In this document: in pieces, positions 59,096 through 64,000 of the stretch
Layout of the letters: each line of letters starts with the position of its first letter
How positions within the stretch are numbered: position 1 is the stretch's first letter
DNA from: an uncultured Leptospirales bacterium
GTDB taxonomy: Bacteria > Spirochaetota > UBA4802 > UBA5550
Assembly: GCA_964529965.1 (NCBI GenBank)
Contig: CAZHAD010000001.1
Span: 22,545 to 86,544, forward strand
Length of the DNA: 64,000 nt
Direction: 5' to 3'
Position numbers and translations under genes: made by a program
Notes under the pieces: generated by a model
Told to the model about the DNA's origin: nothing
What the model saw: the letters and a program-made list of their open reading frames with translations, nothing else
Databases searched by the model: none

Positions 59096-59926
59096 ATGAA
59101 TAAATCAGAAGTCAAAAGCGTCATTCGCCTGCATGGTCTTCATCCGAACAGGAAGCTGGGCCAGAATTTTCTCGTTTCGGACCAGGTAAGGGAAAGGATC
59201 ATCGCCGCGGCGGGACCCCTGGACGAGGGGATGGTGCTCGAGATCGGGCCGGGCCTGGGAGCGCTGACCGAGAGGCTGATCGATGTCGCAAAAGCGGTCA
59301 CGGCGGTGGAGATCGATTCAGGGCTGTCACGCTTTTTGTCCGAGCGCTTCGCGGGAAAAAATAATTTCAGGCTGCTCCATGCGGATTTTCTGAAATCGGA
59401 GATAGAAGGCCCATTCACCGCAATCGTTTCGAATCTTCCCTATTACTGCTCGTCAGAGATGCTGTTCAGGTTCGTGCGTTACGACGCCCCGGCCGCATAT
59501 GTCATGCTCCAGAAGGAGATGGCGGAAAGAATCGGCGCCAAGCCGGGGAGAAAAGCATACGGCGCATTAACGGTAAGCCTCGGCTTTCATTTCGAACCGT
59601 GCATCCTTTTTTCAGTTCCGCGGCATGCTTTTTATCCCATGCCCGAGGTGTCCTCGCGGTTCGTCAAGCTCGTCAGGCGCGGACCGTCAGCGCTCGCGGC
59701 GGACGAGACCGACCTCTTTCATCTCATAGTGAAATCGGCATTCTGGGGAAGGCGGAAGACGATACGCAAGGCCCTTTCGGAATCGCCGCACCTGAGCACC
59801 GGCCGGAGTGATGCCGAAATCATCCTGGAAAAAGCGGGAATAAGGAGCGATGCACGGGGCGAGGATTTAAACCTTGACGATTATATCAGGATGGCCCAGG
59901 CATACGGAAAGGAAATACGGAGGTGA
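59096..59926 (+). CDS. rsmA: 16S rRNA (adenine1518/1519-N6)-dimethyltransferase
   Basis: KLGQNFL motif, SAM motif VLEIGPGLGALT and NLPYY. Confidence 0.9.
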   Translation: MNKSEVKSVIRLHGLHPNRKLGQNFLVSDQVRERIIAAAGPLDEGMVLEIGPGLGALTERLIDVAKAVTAVEIDSGLSRFLSERFAGKNNFRLLHADFLKSEIEGPFTAIVSNLPYYCSSEMLFRFVRYDAPAAYVMLQKEMAERIGAKPGRKAYGALTVSLGFHFEPCILFSVPRHAFYPMPEVSSRFVKLVRRGPSALAADETDLFHLIVKSAFWGRRKTIRKALSESPHLSTGRSDAEIILEKAGIRSDARGEDLNLDDYIRMAQAYGKEIRR

Positions 59927-59977
59927 CTGCAGGTATGATCATGGAATTGCAGATGGATCTAGGACTAAATTGATCTC

Positions 59978-60121
59978 CACCCTCCCCCTTGATGGGGGAG
60001 GGCCGGGGTGGGGGTGAAAAGCCATTGATAAATTGCATTTTTTTAGTTGATTTTGGTGAATTTATTAAATAAGAATCAAGGTTAATCACCCTCCCCTCAC
60101 CCCTCCCATCAAGGGAGGGGG
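59978..60121. repeat. Compound palindromic G/C-tract element between rsmA and the radical SAM gene
   Basis: Left arm CCACCCTCCCCCTTGATGGGGGAGGGCCGGGGTGGGGGTGA. Right arm TCACCCTCCCCTCACCCCTCCCATCAAGGGAGGGGG. The arms are imperfect reverse complements of each other. Each carries its own CCCTCCC..GGGAGGG hairpin, and about 68 bp of AT-rich DNA lies between them. Confidence 0.5.
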
Positions 60122-60204
60122 AATACGTTAATTAAAAACATCGCTTAAATCAAGGAATTTTGTCCTCGATGAATCGGCGGTTACAGGTTGTTAGAGGTTT
60201 TTTT

Positions 60205-62661
60205 ATGCAAATGACACGTCTAGAACCATCATCTGTAGAAAGGCTCGTATCGCGCGTGCAAAAGCCGGGGCGCTACATAGGGTCAGAGCTCAACATCATC
60301 AGAAAGAATGAGGCGCGGGTACGCATGGCCCTCTCGTATCCGGACCTTTACGAAATCGGCATGTCCAATAACGGCCTGCGAATCCTGTACGATATCCTGA
60401 ACGCGCTTCCGGATGTGGCGTGCGAGAGGGTGTTTGCGGTGGAGGAGGACTTTGAGCGGGAATTGCGCCAAAGCGGCCTTCCCCTGTACACCCTCGAGAC
60501 CTTTACGTCGCTCAAGGATCTCGACATACTCGGATTCAGCCTGGCTCACGAGCTTTTGTGCACGAATGTGCTGCAGATATTGGACCTGGGCGGCATACCT
60601 CTTCGCCGGTCCGAGCGGAAGGGGTCAGAGCCGATTGTTATCGCCGGAGGAGAAGGCGTTTCCAATCCCTTCCCCATGGGTGATTTTATAGACGCTTTTT
60701 TTATCGGAGACGGCGAGGAGGGGATAGTCGAGATTGCCGAGGCCGTTCGCGAGGCGAAGGGAAAAAACCTCGGCAGGCAAAAAATTATGGATCACATTGC
60801 GGGGATCGAGGGTATGCTCATGCCCGACCGGTACCGGATGTCTCCCGACAAATGCGGTTCCGGATCCCTGAGAGGTCCGACGGTACGCAAACGGATATAC
60901 CGTGGCCGTGATCTCGTGGACCCGGTACGGCCGATCGTCCCCAACATCCGCATCGCTCAGGAGCGGGCCGTGGTCGAGGTCGCCAGGGGGTGCAACAACT
61001 TCTGCAATTTCTGCCACGCCGGCTTTTACAACCTTCCCTATCGAAGCTACGACTTCAGGGCGATCGAGGAGCGGGTCCTCGAAATCGTCTGCAATACCGG
61101 GTACAACGAGGTGACCCTATCGTCCCTTTCGATCAGCGACTACCCGCACCTGACGAGCCTCATCAATGCCCTGCTTCCCCGTCTTACCGAGAAGGGGATA
61201 TCCGTGTCCTTTCCCTCCCTCAGGGTGGACGCCGCGACCCTCCCCCTGATCGAGCAGATCTCGGAGCTGAGGCGCGCCTCGCTCACCTTCGCGATGGAGT
61301 CTGCGTCGGAGCCGATAAGGGTCCGCGCCAACAAAAGGATCGCCGACCGGGAGCTGCTCGACATCGTGCGGTACGTCCGGAAGCGCGGGTGGAAGCTCAT
61401 AAAGCTGTATTTCATGATCGGCCTTCCCGGATGCGAGGAACATGATGAGGCCGCTGATATCATCGGCCTCTTGAAAGAGGTCCGACGTTCCGGAGGAGGA
61501 ATGGAGATCAATGTGACCATTTCCCCTTTCGTGCCCAAGCCCCACACTCCGTTCCAGGATGTGAGCCAGATGGGGCGCGAGTATCTGGAACGCACGATCC
61601 TCAGAATCAAGAGGGGGTTGCCGCGTGCGATCAGGATCAAGAATCACGACGTGAGCGGCTCGCTTCTGGAAGGGGTGATTTCGAGGGGAGATGCGCGCAT
61701 CGGGGAGGCGATCTTCGGATCATATCTTCAGGGATGCCGCTTTGATTCATGGGAGGAGCATTTGAGGTTCGACATATGGAGGAAGAACCTCGACATCGCG
61801 CTGCCCGGATGGGAGAGCTGCCTGGGCCATGGTGACCGCGAGAGCTCGCCCTGGAGCGCCGTGGTTACCGGGTTTGAAAAGCTGGTGCGGCAACAGAGGG
61901 ATCGGTCCCGGGCAGGCTGTGAAATGAGGAATAAAAGCCGCCTCATCAGGGGCGAAGTGGACGTGCAACGCATCGAGGAGGCAAGGAGTCGATTCGCCCG
62001 GCGATATGAGGTCAAAGGGCGGATGAGGCTGCGGTTCGCCAAAATGGGGATGATGAGGTTCATTCCTCATCTTGACTTTATGGAGATCGTAAAAAGGGGG
62101 CTTCGCATGGCGGATGTGCCGGTGGCAATGACCCGGGGATTCAATAAAAGGGAGCGTATGTCCGCGGGATTTCCTCTGCCTCTGGGGATTGAGAGTGAGG
62201 CCGAGCTTGTCGATGTCGAGCTTTTCGATGAGGTCCGGGAAGATTTGAAGCGGGGACTGTCCGTCTTTTTGCCGGAGGGAATACATATCAAGGATATGCA
62301 CTATATCGGGCGGGAGGGCTCCCTGATGTCCACTACACGCTTGGTTGAGTACCGGATCACGGCTGATAGTGCTGAGACCTTCGGCGTCGTCAAGCAGGCG
62401 CTTGAAAAGGAGGTTGATTTTGTGAAAAGAGAAAAGCACGCGGAGCGCACGATCCCCTTTAGTGCGGCGGTGCATTCATATGAATTACTCGGAGGCATTT
62501 CCCTGCTCATCCGATTATACACCGGCACCGCGGACTCGGTAAGGATAGATGATGCGTTCAGAATTCTCGCCGGGCCGGGGGCTGGTGAACGGGGCGGGTC
62601 GCGGATCGTGAAGACCGCGCAGTATCGGAACTCCGAAGGCGCGCTTGAGCCCATCCCGTAG
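60205..62661 (+). CDS. B12-binding-domain radical SAM protein (TIGR03960-like) fused to a C-terminal DUF2344 / radical-SAM-linked domain
   Basis: CNNFCNFCH (CxxxCxxC). C-terminal RLRFAKMGMMRFIPHLDFMEIVKRGLRMADVPVAMTRGFN matches DUF2344. The ORF-track start at 60160 lies in the leader repeat, so the ATG at 60205 is preferred. Confidence 0.7.
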   Translation: MQMTRLEPSSVERLVSRVQKPGRYIGSELNIIRKNEARVRMALSYPDLYEIGMSNNGLRILYDILNALPDVACERVFAVEEDFERELRQSGLPLYTLETFTSLKDLDILGFSLAHELLCTNVLQILDLGGIPLRRSERKGSEPIVIAGGEGVSNPFPMGDFIDAFFIGDGEEGIVEIAEAVREAKGKNLGRQKIMDHIAGIEGMLMPDRYRMSPDKCGSGSLRGPTVRKRIYRGRDLVDPVRPIVPNIRIAQERAVVEVARGCNNFCNFCHAGFYNLPYRSYDFRAIEERVLEIVCNTGYNEVTLSSLSISDYPHLTSLINALLPRLTEKGISVSFPSLRVDAATLPLIEQISELRRASLTFAMESASEPIRVRANKRIADRELLDIVRYVRKRGWKLIKLYFMIGLPGCEEHDEAADIIGLLKEVRRSGGGMEINVTISPFVPKPHTPFQDVSQMGREYLERTILRIKRGLPRAIRIKNHDVSGSLLEGVISRGDARIGEAIFGSYLQGCRFDSWEEHLRFDIWRKNLDIALPGWESCLGHGDRESSPWSAVVTGFEKLVRQQRDRSRAGCEMRNKSRLIRGEVDVQRIEEARSRFARRYEVKGRMRLRFAKMGMMRFIPHLDFMEIVKRGLRMADVPVAMTRGFNKRERMSAGFPLPLGIESEAELVDVELFDEVREDLKRGLSVFLPEGIHIKDMHYIGREGSLMSTTRLVEYRITADSAETFGVVKQALEKEVDFVKREKHAERTIPFSAAVHSYELLGGISLLIRLYTGTADSVRIDDAFRILAGPGAGERGGSRIVKTAQYRNSEGALEPIP

Positions 62662-62727
62662 GATGTTTAATTTTTTGCTTGCATATTTCCGCGCCATGGA
62701 TTATGTTATATATGAGGTGAGTAAGCC

Positions 62728-62889
62728 ATGGCAATTACGAGCATAAGCGGACCGGATGTAATGCCTCCGGCCTTTTCGCCAGAGCCGCTCCGCAACCACG
62801 AAAGGCCGCCGCAGGAAACTCCGCCTCCCCGCAGCAATACCGAGCAGTCCGAAAATAACAGGGGAAACACGATTGATACATACGCATAG
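62728..62889 (+). CDS. Possible 53-aa small protein (below the ORF-track cutoff)
   Basis: GAGGTGA RBS 7 nt before the ATG. Pro-rich product MAITSISGPDVMPPAFSPEPL.... The stop is 9 nt before the next start. Confidence 0.3.
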   Translation: MAITSISGPDVMPPAFSPEPLRNHERPPQETPPPRSNTEQSENNRGNTIDTYA

Positions 62890-62898
62890 GTCTTCGGC

Positions 62899-63753
62899 AT
62901 GGCTGTAGGCAAGGCGGAAAAGGCCGCATATAACGATGAGATCAAGGACATCAAGCGTGAAGTCGATTCGATCAGAAGGTCCATAAACGAGGCCTTGGGG
63001 AAAAAAAGAAAGCATCCCAGAATCGCAGCCTATTATAACCTCGAGCTTGCTCATCACGAGATGGACGCGATCGACAACTATCTCAAAATGAACGACCTTT
63101 CCGTTGAGATGCTGGGCATAAGGAACAGCAATTTTCTCGATGCCGGGCGAAAGGGATTTTATAAAGTTTTGCAATACCTAGAGGAGATACTGGGCGCCGA
63201 TATCGACCGTACTCTTAAGGAAAACGACGAGTATCTGGCGTCCATCAAGAAGCTCAACCCCCGCCAGATCCTGAATTTTACTCAAAGGACCCGTCAGATA
63301 TTAAACAGTCTGAGAAGCAAGCTCGGTCAGGATTCCAAATGGAAATGGTCATTTGTCGAGCTGCAGGCACGCCTTGCGATTATTATAAGAAACATCACCA
63401 GTTTTTCCGAGATCGCAAAGTTCAGGGACCCCCGCTCACCGTATTTCAACGAGAGAAGGGAGCTCATGCAGCAGTGCAAGGATATGCTTACCGAGGCCGC
63501 GCGCCAGTACCGCACCAAATATGAAATGGTTGGAAAGGCACGGGAGGACTTGATAAAATCAATTGAGTTTCTTTCCGTGTTGCGGAAAATCTACGTACTA
63601 TTCGGGGAGGACGTTGAGGCAACGAAATTGAAAAACATCATTGATGCAACCAAGATGACGCTCGAGGCCGAGGATAAATCAAAAGAAAAAGTTAAAAAAG
63701 AGAAGGAAAAAGAAAAAGAATCCAAAAAGGAAATTTTTAGCTTTTTGACTTGA
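62899..63753 (+). CDS. Hypothetical helical protein with a K/E-rich tail
   Basis: 284-aa ORF with no recognised motif. The C-terminus KEKVKKEKEKEKESKKE is low complexity. Confidence 0.45.
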   Translation: MAVGKAEKAAYNDEIKDIKREVDSIRRSINEALGKKRKHPRIAAYYNLELAHHEMDAIDNYLKMNDLSVEMLGIRNSNFLDAGRKGFYKVLQYLEEILGADIDRTLKENDEYLASIKKLNPRQILNFTQRTRQILNSLRSKLGQDSKWKWSFVELQARLAIIIRNITSFSEIAKFRDPRSPYFNERRELMQQCKDMLTEAARQYRTKYEMVGKAREDLIKSIEFLSVLRKIYVLFGEDVEATKLKNIIDATKMTLEAEDKSKEKVKKEKEKEKESKKEIFSFLT

Positions 63754-63778
63754 CGCGATTTATTTTTTTTATTAGTAT
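63750..63778 (+). promoter_or_regulatory. Sigma-70-type promoter for hrcA
   Basis: TTGACG, a 17-bp spacer, then TAGTAT, immediately upstream of the CIRCE operator. Confidence 0.45.
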
Positions 63779-63782
63779 TTTA

Positions 63783-63809
63783 TTAGCACTCATTATAATT
63801 GAGTGCTAA
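63783..63809 (+). promoter_or_regulatory. CIRCE operator (HrcA binding site)
   Basis: TTAGCACTC-attataatt-GAGTGCTAA, a perfect match to the CIRCE consensus TTAGCACTC-N9-GAGTGCTAA, 21 bp before the hrcA start. Confidence 0.9.
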
Positions 63810-63829
63810 TAAAATATTATTTTTTAATT

Positions 63830-64000
63830 ATGGGGCAGGAAAAAATTAAAGAAAGAAGGCTTGAAGATCGGGAAGCCTCGATTCTGCAGGCGATTGCATA
63901 TGAATATATAACCACCGGAAAACCGGTAGGCTCCCGGTCATTTGTCCAAAAGTATTCATTATCCATATCACCCGCAACCATGAGAAATATAATGTCTGAT
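63830..64000 (+). CDS. hrcA: Heat-inducible transcription repressor HrcA (5' fragment, truncated by the window end)
   Basis: ILQAIAYEYITTGKPVGSRSFVQKY.LSISPATMRNIMSD matches the HrcA N-terminal winged-helix region. Confidence 0.85.
   Translation, partial: MGQEKIKERRLEDREASILQAIAYEYITTGKPVGSRSFVQKYSLSISPATMRNIMSD

Noticed and set aside
61117-62475. Several 110-240-aa minus-strand ORFs inside the radical SAM fusion gene
   Set aside because: They are antisense to a gene with clear family motifs, and their products have composition typical of GC-rich non-coding frames.
62701-63174. 157-aa minus-strand ORF overlapping the start of the 62899-63753 gene
   Set aside because: It overlaps two better-supported plus-strand ORFs (one with a GAGGTGA RBS). 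No motif and no RBS.
1-64000. CRISPR arrays, rRNA/tRNA genes, integrases and transposases
   Set aside because: No direct repeat-spacer periodicity was seen, and no ORF had DDE/tyrosine-recombinase motifs. The only repeat structures are the two short elements flanking rsmA.

Overview
This 64 kb window reads as a bacterial chromosomal segment rather than an obvious mobile island. Coding density is high (about 60 plausible CDSs), coding GC is roughly 53-57%, and the intergenic regions are conspicuously AT-rich. I found no rRNA, tRNA, CRISPR array, transposase or integrase.

Taxonomy is uncertain. Two tandem spirochaete-type core flagellin genes (FlaB-like, motif [15 protein letters not shown]) followed by flaG and fliD suggest a Spirochaetota-like organism. 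A Qrc/ACIII-type respiratory module in the same window is more typical of sulfate-reducing and related lineages.

Recognisable housekeeping genes:
- a class A penicillin-binding protein and trxB
- nrnA overlapping glyQ
- an orphan hisF and two polyprenyl synthases
- queC, comF, panB, argH, ilvE, glpK and rsmA
- purN, an archaeal-type purO and a purH that carries only the AICAR transformylase domain
- a 5' fragment of hrcA with a perfect CIRCE operator
- an exbB-exbD-tonB cassette

Features worth a second look:
- a four-gene quinone-interacting redox module: pentaheme cytochrome c, Mo-less molybdopterin-oxidoreductase-like subunit, 4Fe-4S protein and NrfD-like membrane subunit
- a signalling neighbourhood with a GHKL-ATPase/HDOD fusion, an atypical CheY-like receiver and two low-GC STAS genes
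- a 64-aa standalone MshEN (c-di-GMP-binding type) protein
- a MORN-repeat protein co-transcribed with a two-TM sensor-like protein
- a flagellar filament locus with unknown proteins where fliS and regulators would normally sit
- an operon of a NeuB-family synthase, a secreted protein and a CE4 deacetylase
- a cluster of a zinc-ribbon protein, a hydantoinase-A-like protein and an HDAC-like protein beside an orphan ParA
- two structured repeat elements flanking rsmA, one bounded by perfect 28-bp inverted repeats

Gene starts were refined from the ORF track wherever an RBS or family conservation made an internal start clearly better.
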